A DNA stretch of 64,000 nt from Minisyncoccota bacterium (GTDB lineage Bacteria > Patescibacteriota > Minisyncoccia > Phycocordibacterales > DATDWN01), in NCBI GenBank assembly GCA_041674105.1, contig JBAYWK010000001.1, positions 82,190-146,189 of the forward strand. Direction: 5' to 3'. Position numbers and translations under genes: made by a program. Each line of letters opens with the position of its first letter. The first letter of the stretch is position 1. This document shows, piece by piece, positions 48,570 through 58,129 of this stretch. The notes below the pieces were generated by a model. That model worked only from the letters and a program-made list of their open reading frames with translations. It was not told where the DNA came from and searched no databases.

Positions 48570-50042
48570 ATGAATAAGAATTTCAACATACCAAAAGAGG
48601 TTTCATATGTAACAGAAGAGCTAGAAAAGGCTGGTTTTGAGGCTTTTCTGGTAGGTGGGTGTGTTAGAGACCTTATCTTAGGTAAAAAACCTAAAGACTG
48701 GGATGTTACAACAAACGCAACCCCCGAAGAAATTTCTCCGATATTTAAAGATACTTTTTATGAAAATGACTTTGGAACTGTTGGTATAGTGAATGAAGAT
48801 GTAGATGACCCTAGTCTAAAAGTTATAGAAGTAACTCCTTACAGGGTAGAATCAGGTTATTCAGATAATAGACATCCTGACAAAGTTAGTTTTAGCCAAA
48901 ATATAGAGGATGATCTACAAAGAAGGGACTTCACAATGAACGCTCTTGCATATTCTGTCCTTGATAAAAAACTTGTTGACCTTTATAAAGGACAGGATGA
49001 TATAAAGGACAAAATAATAAGAACGGTAGGGAAGCCGGAGGAAAGATTTAAAGAAGACGGCCTTAGAATACTCAGGGCTGTTAGATTTCAATCTGAGCTA
49101 GGATTTGAAATAGAAAAAGAAACAGAAAAAGCTATTCTAGAGAATTCTAATTTACTAAAGAACATATCTAAAGAGAGAATAGGGGAGGAATTTACAAAAA
49201 TTATTATGTCAAACTCTCCTATGCTAGGAATCTCTAAAATGAAGAGTTTGGGTATACTAGAGTATGTCGTACCTGAATTATTAGAATCTATTGGTGTAGA
49301 GCAAAATAAGGCCCATTCATACGATGTCTGGGAGCATCTACTTAGATCTGTTCAACATTCTGCCGATAAAAAATACCCTTTGGAAATAAGGTTGTCTGCC
49401 TTGTTTCATGATATATCCAAACCTCACAGTAGGAGATGGGGTAAGGAACAAAGCCAATGGACTTTCTACGGACATGAGGTCATTGGTTCACGTGTAACAA
49501 AAAAGATACTAGAAAGATTAAAATATCCAAAGAAAGTAATAGATAAAGTATCTAAGATGGTTAGATGGCATATGTTTTTCTCTGATACTGAGCAAATAAC
49601 CCTTTCTGCTGTGAGGAGAATGATTGTTAATGTCGGTAGGGAGAATATATGGGACCTGATGGATCTAAGGATATGTGACCGAATAGGAACAGGTAGACCC
49701 AAAGAAGACCCTTACAGATTGAGAAAATACCATTCTATGATAGAAGAAGCCCTTAGAGATCCTATATCTGTTGGAATGTTAAAAATAGATGGAAAAAGAA
49801 TAATGGATGTTACACATGTAACACCCGGACCTAAAATAGGGTATATGCTGCACGCTCTACTAGAAGAAGTTCTAGACGACCCAACAAAAAATACAGAGGA
49901 TTATCTTGAAAATAGAACACTGGAGCTTATAAATATGAGTGAAACTGATCTTAGAAAGCTTGGTGAGGAAGGTAAAAAGACCAGAGAAGAGTTGGATGAG
50001 GAGGAGATAAAGGAAATACGCAAGAAACACTGGGTTAAATAA
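48570..50042 (+). CDS. cca: CCA-adding tRNA nucleotidyltransferase with HD domain
   Basis: LVGGCVRD..DWDV, RRDFTMNA, EDGLRILRAVRF, FHDISK. Confidence 0.93.
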   Translation: MNKNFNIPKEVSYVTEELEKAGFEAFLVGGCVRDLILGKKPKDWDVTTNATPEEISPIFKDTFYENDFGTVGIVNEDVDDPSLKVIEVTPYRVESGYSDNRHPDKVSFSQNIEDDLQRRDFTMNALAYSVLDKKLVDLYKGQDDIKDKIIRTVGKPEERFKEDGLRILRAVRFQSELGFEIEKETEKAILENSNLLKNISKERIGEEFTKIIMSNSPMLGISKMKSLGILEYVVPELLESIGVEQNKAHSYDVWEHLLRSVQHSADKKYPLEIRLSALFHDISKPHSRRWGKEQSQWTFYGHEVIGSRVTKKILERLKYPKKVIDKVSKMVRWHMFFSDTEQITLSAVRRMIVNVGRENIWDLMDLRICDRIGTGRPKEDPYRLRKYHSMIEEALRDPISVGMLKIDGKRIMDVTHVTPGPKIGYMLHALLEEVLDDPTKNTEDYLENRTLELINMSETDLRKLGEEGKKTREELDEEEIKEIRKKHWVK

Positions 50043-50322
50043 TAAAAAAAACCGCTCAATCATGAGCGAAGTTTAGGGATCGCAATGATTAGAGACGGTT
50101 TGGGTAAAAGTATTACTCAGTAAGATATTAGTACGGATACAATATCGCAAAAATTAAAAATAGTAGATAAAAATGAGGATATTTTGATCTTCTATACCAA
50201 TAAAAACCAAATAATCTTTTAAGTAGAGGCCCTGCAGAGCCAAAAGTACACTATACACTATGCTTTTTAAAGAACAAATATCATTTTTGTCCGGGGTTTA
50301 TCGGACATCAATGAAGATCTGA
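50043..50322 (-). ncRNA. Candidate non-coding transcript (~280 nt)
   Basis: TTTACT-16-TATAAT promoter, boxA-like TGTTCTTTAAAAA, terminator-like CGCTCA/TGAGCG plus U-run, no long ORF. Confidence 0.3.
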
Positions 50323-50411
50323 GGTTATTATAGCAACCATAAAAGACTAGTAAAGGACTACCTTGTGGATAACTGTCTTATATAAAAAATATATAGGACA
50401 TTTAATGTCTT

Positions 50412-51215
50412 TTATATATTCAGATTTATATTTAACTCAACAGGACAGTGATCAGATCCCATGACTTTAGGTAAAATATTCGAACTTTTTATTTTTTTCA
50501 ATAGTTTTTTGCTAGTAAAAAAATAATCTATTCTCCAACCAACATTCCTTGCTCTAGCATTGGCCCAATGTGTCCACCAAGTATAGTGACCATTACCTTT
50601 TGTAAATAATCTGAAAGTGTCTGTAAAACCATTCTCTATTATTTTATCTATTCCAAGCCGTTCTTCTTTTGTAAAACCATGCTCTTCTTCATTTTGTTTT
50701 GGGTTTGCTAAATCATCTTCTGTATGTGCAACATTTAAATCACCACAAAAAATTACAGGCTTACTTTTTTCAAGATTATTTACATATTCTAGAAAAGCCG
50801 GATCCCATTTTTTGTGTCTCAAAGAAAGTCTGCTCAAATCGCCTTTGGAGTTTGGGGTATAGACAGTCACTAAATAAAACCCAGAATACTCAGCTGTCAA
50901 AACCCTTCCTTCTTTGTTTGGATCTCCGTACTGATCCTTTTCAATTTTATATTTTTTAACTATGTCTTCTGGAAAATTGGATGAAACTGAAATAGGTTTT
51001 TTCTTACTGAAAATAGCCGTGCCACTATATCCCGCCTTGTCCGCTGAGTTCCAATATTCTTCATAATCTTTCAAATCAACTTCATTTTGATCCTGCTTGG
51101 CTTTGGTTTCTTGGAGACATATTATGTCTGGGTCTATTTCTTTGAGAAAGGGGACGAAGAGTCCTTTTTTATTAACTGCTCTTATTCCATTTACGTTCCA
51201 AGAAATTATTTTCAT
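50412..51215 (-). CDS. xth: Exodeoxyribonuclease III
   Basis: SWNVNGIRA, LQETK, GDLNVAH, GWRIDY, SDHCP. Confidence 0.97.
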   Translation of the reverse strand: MKIISWNVNGIRAVNKKGLFVPFLKEIDPDIICLQETKAKQDQNEVDLKDYEEYWNSADKAGYSGTAIFSKKKPISVSSNFPEDIVKKYKIEKDQYGDPNKEGRVLTAEYSGFYLVTVYTPNSKGDLSRLSLRHKKWDPAFLEYVNNLEKSKPVIFCGDLNVAHTEDDLANPKQNEEEHGFTKEERLGIDKIIENGFTDTFRLFTKGNGHYTWWTHWANARARNVGWRIDYFFTSKKLLKKIKSSNILPKVMGSDHCPVELNINLNI

Positions 51216-51251
51216 TTTTTTATATTATCACAATTATTCTGCTTAATTGTT

Positions 51252-52184
51252 TTATTCTCCCTTACTATGAAACTTTTTATGAATATCCTTTAAATGCTTA
51301 TCTGTAACATGAGTGTATATCTGTGTTGTTCCAATATTAGCATGACCCAAAAGGGCTTGGACGGAGCGGAGGTCTGCGCCGTTGGATAAAAGGTCTGTGG
51401 CAAAAAGATGTCGCATCATATGGGGAGTAACTTTTTTTGATATTCCAGCCTTTATTGCCAATTGTTTTACTATTCTTTCTACTGATCTCTTTGTCAAACC
51501 CATATCTTCTCCCTTTCTAGAAATCTTTTTTGGAGAATTTAGAGAAACTTTTATAAATAAAGCATCGTCCATATCTTTTCTTTTTGATAAATAATCTTTT
51601 AGGACTCTTTTTGCTTTGTCAGAAATGAAAACAACACGAACCTTTCCACCTTTTCCACGAATAGATATTTCATCGGAGTGAAGATCTATATCTCTAGGTA
51701 AGGCACACAGCTCAGAGACACGAAGTCCTGTTGAAAAAAGAAGCTCCAGTATAGCTCTATCTCTGAAATTCTTTAAATCATTTCCAGAAGGAGAAGAGAG
51801 TAGCCTTTTGAGCTCTGTATCGGTTATCAAATCCAAGGATCTTTCGGAGACTTTTGCCAGCTCAATCCTCTCGGCTGGTAAAGTTTTGACTTCCTGCCTA
51901 GCCATATATTTTAGAAACGCTCTGAGAGCTATCAAATAATAGTTTTGAGTCTTTCTGCTGAGTGTTTCATTTAGTTTTCCTAAATTTTTTAAAGGCTGTC
52001 TGTTTAGCCAAAGACGAAACTCTCTGACGGAGGTATCAGTGATATCAGAAGGGGAGTCTTTCTTTAAGTAATCCAGGAAACGAGTCAAATATCTATCGTA
52101 GTTTTCAACAGTTTTAACAGAACGACCTCTTTCTATTTCTATATATTCGAGAAATTGTTGTTTTAATTGTTTAAGAGAAGCCAT
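51252..52184 (-). CDS. XerC/XerD-family tyrosine recombinase
   Basis: TGLRVSEL, RGKGGK, HMMRH, LLGHA..TTQIY; start moved to MASLKQ. Confidence 0.93.
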   Translation of the reverse strand: MASLKQLKQQFLEYIEIERGRSVKTVENYDRYLTRFLDYLKKDSPSDITDTSVREFRLWLNRQPLKNLGKLNETLSRKTQNYYLIALRAFLKYMARQEVKTLPAERIELAKVSERSLDLITDTELKRLLSSPSGNDLKNFRDRAILELLFSTGLRVSELCALPRDIDLHSDEISIRGKGGKVRVVFISDKAKRVLKDYLSKRKDMDDALFIKVSLNSPKKISRKGEDMGLTKRSVERIVKQLAIKAGISKKVTPHMMRHLFATDLLSNGADLRSVQALLGHANIGTTQIYTHVTDKHLKDIHKKFHSKGE

Positions 52185-52293
52185 ATTACTAAAAGTATAC
52201 CACAAAACCGTGTCGCACAATATTTTTGATCTCAAAAGAAGCTTTTTTAATAGATATTGCAAAAAATAGTCATTTATGCTATTCTCTACAGAC

Positions 52294-52560
52294 ATGCTTG
52301 CAAAAACAAAGAAATCAAGAATAATCAAGGAAGTACAGGTTCATGACACCGATACTGGCTCTCCTGAGGTTCAAATAGCTATTCTAAATAAGCGCATAGA
52401 CGAGCTTGCTTCTCATTTAAAGAAAAATAACAAAGATAACCACTCAAGAAGAGGTTTACTCCAAATGGTGGCTGATAGAAAGACTCATATGAAGTATCTA
52501 GAAAAGAAAAATCCAAAAAGATACAGTGCTCTTGTAAAAAAGCTAGGTTTGAAGAAATAG
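52294..52560 (+). CDS. rpsO: 30S ribosomal protein S15
   Basis: DTGSPEVQIAIL, KDNHSRRGLL. Confidence 0.98.
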   Translation: MLAKTKKSRIIKEVQVHDTDTGSPEVQIAILNKRIDELASHLKKNNKDNHSRRGLLQMVADRKTHMKYLEKKNPKRYSALVKKLGLKK

Positions 52561-52673
52561 ATTTCAAAAAACAGGCCGAAAAGCTTGTTTTTTGTTTTAA
52601 GAGGCATAAAGAGGTACTATTAACATATAATTTTTAGTAAATTAAAACTTATTTTATTATTAAATAAAACATT

Positions 52674-53216
52674 ATGGCAGTAATTAAACACAAAAACCAA
52701 AGGGTTGGAATTTTTATAGATACACAAAACCTTTATCACACAGCTAGACATATATATGGAGCAAAAGTTAATTTTGACCAAGTTGTCAAAGATACTCTGG
52801 CTGGTAGATTTTTAATACGAGCAATTGCTTATGTTATAACCACAGAAAGTGGTGAAGAAAAAAGTTTCTTTGAAGCTTTAGGTAAAGCTGGTATAGAAAC
52901 TAAAACAAAAAACTTACAAATATTCTCAGGTGGAGCTAAAAAAGCGGATTGGGATGTTGGTCTAGCGGTAGATGCTATAAAAATGGCTCCGAAACTAGAC
53001 GCTATAATACTGGTAACAGGAGACGGAGATTTTGTTCCTCTTGTAGAATACTTAAAGATAAATGAAGGTTGCCAAGTAGAAGTAGTTTCTTTCGGCAGAT
53101 CTTCATCAGCTAAACTTATAGAGGTTTGTGATGATTTTATAGATTTAGATAAAAACGCAAAGAAATACCTAATGAACCAACCTAGGAGAGGTAAAAAAGA
53201 GGAGGCTACTAAATAA
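52674..53216 (+). CDS. NYN/LabA (PIN-like) domain protein
   Basis: FIDTQNL, KADWDVGLAVD, TGDGDFVPL. Confidence 0.92.
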   Translation: MAVIKHKNQRVGIFIDTQNLYHTARHIYGAKVNFDQVVKDTLAGRFLIRAIAYVITTESGEEKSFFEALGKAGIETKTKNLQIFSGGAKKADWDVGLAVDAIKMAPKLDAIILVTGDGDFVPLVEYLKINEGCQVEVVSFGRSSSAKLIEVCDDFIDLDKNAKKYLMNQPRRGKKEEATK

Positions 53217-53311
53217 TAGATTGGTAAAAACTAAAAACTGACAGGCAAAGTCAGTTTTTAGTTGGTTTAAATAAATTTAATTTGATAAAATAAAGAATAA
53301 GCTCCTTTATT

Positions 53312-54205
53312 ATGGAAAAAGAAAAAGTAGAAAATCTAAATGATAATATATCGAAAACAGCTCCTCCTGTTTATTCTAAACAAAAACTTAAAGCCCTGAG
53401 AACATACCAAGGAGATATGCAAGAACTTATCTCTGAAACAAATGCTTCTGTCGCGACCATTGCTATAGCAGAACAAAAAAGGAAAGTCGAGAAGAATTTT
53501 AAAGAAGAAGTCCAAAAATATGAAGTTAAAAACAAATTTCTGGTTGTTTTAGGTATCACTTTGTTTATATTAGGAATAATAACAATAGGAACTGTTTATT
53601 TCTTTCAATCAAGAGGAACCGAGGTGGTATCTGAAACGGATAAGACAATCGTCGCTTTCTCTGAAAAGAAACCTATCATTACAAATACAAGACAAAGTGT
53701 TGTTTCCGAAATAGGAACTCAAATAAAAGACTGGGATATGCCGGCAAATTCTGTTTTATTTTTAGATTTTACAGACTCTATGGAAAATATAATTCCATCT
53801 AACGTAGAAAAGACCATCCCTCTAATCGGACCAACTATTCCACCAAATCTTCTAAGAAGTTTAAAAAATGATTATATGGTGGGAATATACTCTTTTGACA
53901 AGAATGTTCCTTTTATAATTCTAAAATCCAATGATTTTGGGATAAGTTTTTCAGGAATGCTTAAATGGGAAGAAACTATTTTGAAAGATTTAGATTTTAT
54001 GTTTAATCTAGAAGGGGATACTTCCGAATACACTTTCCAAGATGAGTCTTTTAAAAATAAAGACCTCCGAATAGTGAAGAATAAAGAAAGGCAAACTGTA
54101 TTTCTTTATTCATTTTTAGATAGGGAAACAATCCTTATCACCTCTAACGAAGACGCTTTCAACGCCCTACTTGGAAAATATGTAAACAGTAAAATGGTAC
54201 GCTAA
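53312..54205 (+). CDS. Hypothetical single-pass membrane protein
   Basis: LRTYQGDM N-terminal motif, one TM, GMLKWE in the C-domain. Confidence 0.8.
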   Translation: MEKEKVENLNDNISKTAPPVYSKQKLKALRTYQGDMQELISETNASVATIAIAEQKRKVEKNFKEEVQKYEVKNKFLVVLGITLFILGIITIGTVYFFQSRGTEVVSETDKTIVAFSEKKPIITNTRQSVVSEIGTQIKDWDMPANSVLFLDFTDSMENIIPSNVEKTIPLIGPTIPPNLLRSLKNDYMVGIYSFDKNVPFIILKSNDFGISFSGMLKWEETILKDLDFMFNLEGDTSEYTFQDESFKNKDLRIVKNKERQTVFLYSFLDRETILITSNEDAFNALLGKYVNSKMVR

Positions 54206-54247
54206 AAATTGATTGATTTACTATATATTTGGTGGTAAAATTGGGGT

Positions 54248-54610
54248 ATGGAACTAGATGTAAAACATTTTAAAGAGCTTTTAGAAAAAGAAAAAACAAC
54301 TTTAGAAAAAGAACTTAAAACCGTAGGGAGAAGAAACCCAGATAATCCTACTGATTGGGAAGCTACTGAGCCGGATATGGGTTCAACAGGAGCAGATATG
54401 AACGAAGTCGCTGATTCAATGGAAGAATTCGGAAACAATAAAGGAATTCTAGACCAACTTGAAGCGAGACTATGGGAAGTAAACAAAGCCCTAAAGAAAA
54501 TAGAAGAGGGAACATATGGAATATGTGAGGTATCTGGAGAACAAATAGAACTAGATAGACTAGAAGCAAATCCTGCTGCGGCGACAAACAAGGCTCATAT
54601 GAATGACTAA
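54248..54610 (+). CDS. DksA/TraR family protein without a 4-Cys zinc finger
   Basis: Coiled coil tip DMNEVAD; ALKKIEEGTYGICEVSGEQI..RLEANP. Confidence 0.85.
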   Translation: MELDVKHFKELLEKEKTTLEKELKTVGRRNPDNPTDWEATEPDMGSTGADMNEVADSMEEFGNNKGILDQLEARLWEVNKALKKIEEGTYGICEVSGEQIELDRLEANPAAATNKAHMND

Positions 54611-54618
54611 ACAAAAAT

Positions 54619-56181
54619 ATGAGCGTCTCAAAAGTGTACAGTAGCCAGACAAGTTTCCTAGACGCTCAAATAATTGATATTGAAGTAGATCTTTCAAAAG
54701 GTCTACATTCTTTTTCTATTGTTGGCTTAGCAAATAAATCTGTAGATGAATCAAAAGACAGGGTTTCTGCTTCAATAAAAAATTCTGGCTTTAAATCTCC
54801 AAAAAATAAAAATCAAAAAATAGTAGTATCCCTAGCTCCGGCTGACATAAAAAAGGAAGGGCCTCTTTTTGACTTGCCTATAGCTATTGCTTATCTTATT
54901 GCCTCCGGAGATATTAAAGCAGATACTCAAAAAAGGCTTTTTGTAGGAGAATTGTCTTTAGATGGAAAGTTAAGAAAAATAAAAGGAGCTCTGCCCATTA
55001 CCAAGAAAGCAAAATCTTCTGGTTTTACAGAAATCTTTCTACCGAAAGAAAATGCTGATTAAGCTTCTACTATAAAAGGTATTAAAATATACGGAGCCGA
55101 TAATCTTTCAGAGGTTTTGGGGCACATAAATGAAACAAAAGATGATGCAGAAAATGAAATAATACCAAAATTTACCATAGAACCTCATATTAAAAATAAA
55201 GATTTAGAAAAAACGAGGGAAATAGATATAGATTTTTCTGACGTAAAAGGACAAGAATCTGCCAAAAGAGGACTAGAAATAGCTGCAGCTGGTGGACACA
55301 ACATAATAATGTATGGACCTCCTGGAACAGGAAAGACTATGCTTGCTCGTGCCTTTACACATCTTTTACCCCCTCTTTCTTTTGACGATATGTTGGAAGT
55401 GACTTCTATCTATTCTATAGGAGGCGAGCTTCAAGATAGCCTGGTAAAACATCCACCTTTTAGATCTCCACATCACACAGCTTCTTATGTTTCGTTGGTA
55501 GGAGGAGGGAGTAATTTGAAACCCGGAGAAGTTACATTGGCTCATAAAGGGGTGTTATTTTTAGATGAACTACCAGAATTTGATACAAAAGTTTTGGAAA
55601 CTTTAAGGCAACCTTTGGAAGATAGGTTTGTGACTATTTCAAGAGCAAAAGGAAGTGTAAAATACCCAGCAGACTTTATTTTGATTGCCACAATGAATCC
55701 TTGCTCTTGTGGAAATTATGGAATAAAAGGAAAAGAATGTACTTGCTCAGCGGTCCAATTGGAAAGATACAAAAGAAAACTCTCTGGACCTATCGTTGAT
55801 CGTATAGATATGTGGGTAGAAGTTTCCTTAATAGAACACGAAAAATTAACAGACCCTAGAAACAAACACACTGAAACAAAGATAATAAAAGATAGAGTTT
55901 TAAAAGCCAGAGAAGGACAACAAAAAAGACATAGTAAAATTGGTATAAAAAGCAGGACAAATGCTGAATTATCTTCAAAAGAGTTAATTGAGCATATAAA
56001 ACTCTCAGATAATATAAAAAATATTTTAAATGAATCAGCTAAAAAACTAGACCTGTCTGCCAGGGTCTACCATCGCATAATAAAAATAGCTAGAACAATA
56101 GCCGACTTGGACGAAAGCGACGAAGTAAAAGAAAGTCATATTTTAGAAGCTATACAATACAGACCAAAGAAGTATTTGTAG
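54619..56181 (+). pseudogene. comM: ComM/YifB Mg-chelatase-like AAA ATPase with an in-frame TAA at 55060-55062
   Basis: Frame continues ENAD*ASTIKGI...; GPPGTGKT, PFRSPHH, GEVTLAH..FLDE. Confidence 0.85.
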
Positions 56182-56183
56182 TA

Positions 56184-56678
56184 CTAAAAATCTTTTAGAG
56201 TTTTGATAATATTTTCAACCTCTTCATAACCAGGTAAAAAACTGTAGTTGTATCTAGGAGCAGTAGCAAAAACATAATTTTCATTTTCTCCTCTTTTCGT
56301 TGGGCCAATAGGCGCTGCTGTAGGATATGTTGCAAAATTATTTGACTCCCATTCGCTCCACCTCGCTTTAGTAAATATCTGAATTGGTATATCCATTGTG
56401 GGATTTTCTTCTGTCCAATTTGGATTACGCAACACAACCTCAAAACCTGTGCCTTTACCAGAGCCTTCTGTTATTGGGCCGGATGTAGCTGTGTAACCTT
56501 CCCATGATTTAGTAAGGTATAAAGTAAAACCAAACTCTTCATTTTTATAAATTAAATTATTATTTACTATTTCTTTTTGCCTGTTGTCTTTTGAATTATT
56601 TTTGTTTTGATATAAGCAAAAACCCAAAGAAAAAATGGTTGCAAGAATTAATATGACTAATAGTATTGTTTTTTTCAT
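56184..56678 (-). CDS. Hypothetical exported protein
   Basis: N-terminal TM/signal; YKNEEFGF motif. Confidence 0.75.
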   Translation of the reverse strand: MKKTILLVILILATIFSLGFCLYQNKNNSKDNRQKEIVNNNLIYKNEEFGFTLYLTKSWEGYTATSGPITEGSGKGTGFEVVLRNPNWTEENPTMDIPIQIFTKARWSEWESNNFATYPTAAPIGPTKRGENENYVFATAPRYNYSFLPGYEEVENIIKTLKDF

Positions 56679-56736
56679 AATTTTTTGAATTATTAAATTT
56701 ATAATCTTTAGGATTTTTGTTTCAGTTCGAAGTACG

Positions 56737-56862
56737 AAAAACTTAACAATTTGGATGAAGTCCTAGGCGGATAAGAAAAATGATTTGAGCCTGCCTTGGA
56801 TGCGCAGGTGAAAATTATTTTTTGAAATCCAACAACGGAATTCGCCAAACTGTTAAGTTTTT
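56737..56862. repeat. 126-bp palindromic repeat family B, copy 2 (abuts a family-A left arm at 56711-56736)
   Basis: Near-identical to 45379-45504. Confidence 0.9.
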
Positions 56863-56864
56863 AT

Positions 56865-57878
56865 TTAGAAGGGGTTTTTTCCTCCTCTAACCTCAAAGTG
56901 CAAATGTATTCCAGTAGATTTTCCTGTACTACCCATATATCCAATAGTATCACCTTGGCTTACTTTTTGACCAACGCTTATTGCTGTATTATTTAAGTGG
57001 CCGTACAAAGTCTGAGTTCCATTTGAATGCTTAATAACGATATAAGAACCATAACCCCCATTCCATCCTGAGTTTTTTGAAATAATGACTTCTCCGTCTG
57101 CCGCGGCCATAATCTTGGCATTCAAATAAGAAGCTAGATCTACTCCATTATGACCATGTATTCCCTGAGTCCTTACTCCTCCAACTATAGGTCTTATAAA
57201 ATAACCTGATACAGAAACACTCCCAGATGAAGTTTTAGTATAAAAGCTTGAAGAAGATGTTGTGGTTTTAGTACTTACAGCCAATATTTCACCATCTGGT
57301 ATAAAAATCTTATCCCCAATAGCTATTTTTGAATCTTTTGCTAGATTATTATATTGAAGTATTTCTTCTAGATCACCACTATATTTTTTGGCAATACCTT
57401 GCAAAGTGTCTCCGGACTTAACGGTATGATTTATACCTGATATAGGTAGTATAACAAGCTCTTGTCCAGGGGATATTTGGGTTCCCTTAAGATCGTTTGC
57501 CCAAATAATTGTATTCGTATTTACATTAAAAATCTTAGCTATATCTGAAAGCTTATCTCCTTCACGAACAACATAAACACTAATCTGTCCGTTGTTATAA
57601 ACATATTCTTTACTATCGTAGGGTGTATGAGCTTCTAAAAAAAGAGATGACTCATCTATTATAGAAACGGTTTCTGAAGTAGAAGAAGCTAAAGGTGCTA
57701 CCGCTGCCTGCAAAAGAGCCATATTTTGAGAGTTTGGGTTATTTGTTTCCAAGGCAGAAACATTTGAAGAAAATAAATCTTTTACTACAGAAAAAAAACC
57801 CGCTTCCACAGAAAGAGGTACTATTGCGGATAAGGCAAATATAGAGAAAAACGCAAATCGTGCCTTTATGTTCACCAA
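56865..57878 (-). CDS. LysM-repeat M23 family peptidoglycan endopeptidase
   Basis: Two LysM repeats; HNGVD, YGHL, STGIHLHFE. Confidence 0.94.
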   Translation of the reverse strand: MVNIKARFAFFSIFALSAIVPLSVEAGFFSVVKDLFSSNVSALETNNPNSQNMALLQAAVAPLASSTSETVSIIDESSLFLEAHTPYDSKEYVYNNGQISVYVVREGDKLSDIAKIFNVNTNTIIWANDLKGTQISPGQELVILPISGINHTVKSGDTLQGIAKKYSGDLEEILQYNNLAKDSKIAIGDKIFIPDGEILAVSTKTTTSSSSFYTKTSSGSVSVSGYFIRPIVGGVRTQGIHGHNGVDLASYLNAKIMAAADGEVIISKNSGWNGGYGSYIVIKHSNGTQTLYGHLNNTAISVGQKVSQGDTIGYMGSTGKSTGIHLHFEVRGGKNPF

Positions 57879-58129
57879 ATGATTGCTTAATCCCTTCTCG
57901 GCCTTAGTTAGACCTTGAATGTTTTTCAGACCGTCGCAAGGATTTGGATCCTTTTTATTTTCTAAAATAAGTTAAAAATTAAACAATATTCTGAATTTCA
58001 GTATATTTATAGCCATATATACTATAAACTAAAACCTTATCTGTACAGGATACATTATATAGATATTTATATATAAATCAACAAGCAATCCACAGCGAAG
58101 GGAAAATATCCGTATGATATACTTGACCA

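Larger units (their letters stand above)
47341..49823. promoter_or_regulatory. Cluster of parS-like 16-mers
   Basis: Matches to TGTTNCACGTGAAACA at 47341, 47461, 47655, 47730, 47753, 48599, 49484 and 49808. Confidence 0.75.

Noticed and set aside
43638-52184. Prophage or integrative island bounded by tRNA-Gly repeats and the tyrosine recombinase
   Set aside because: The shared sequence at 48153-48180 is part of a complete second tRNA-Gly; intervening genes are housekeeping-type, and the recombinase looks like a chromosomal Xer next to rpsO
52185-52328. Upstream extension of the Xer ORF overlapping rpsO
   Set aside because: It overlaps the divergent promoter and the rpsO start; the downstream ATG at 52184 fits the family length
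55060-55062. Stop-codon reassignment explaining the comM TAA
   Set aside because: TAA terminates many clearly bounded genes in this window, and no other conserved gene is interrupted
7308-56862. CRISPR array
   Set aside because: The repeats are dispersed long hairpins, not regularly spaced direct repeats with spacers, and no cas genes are present
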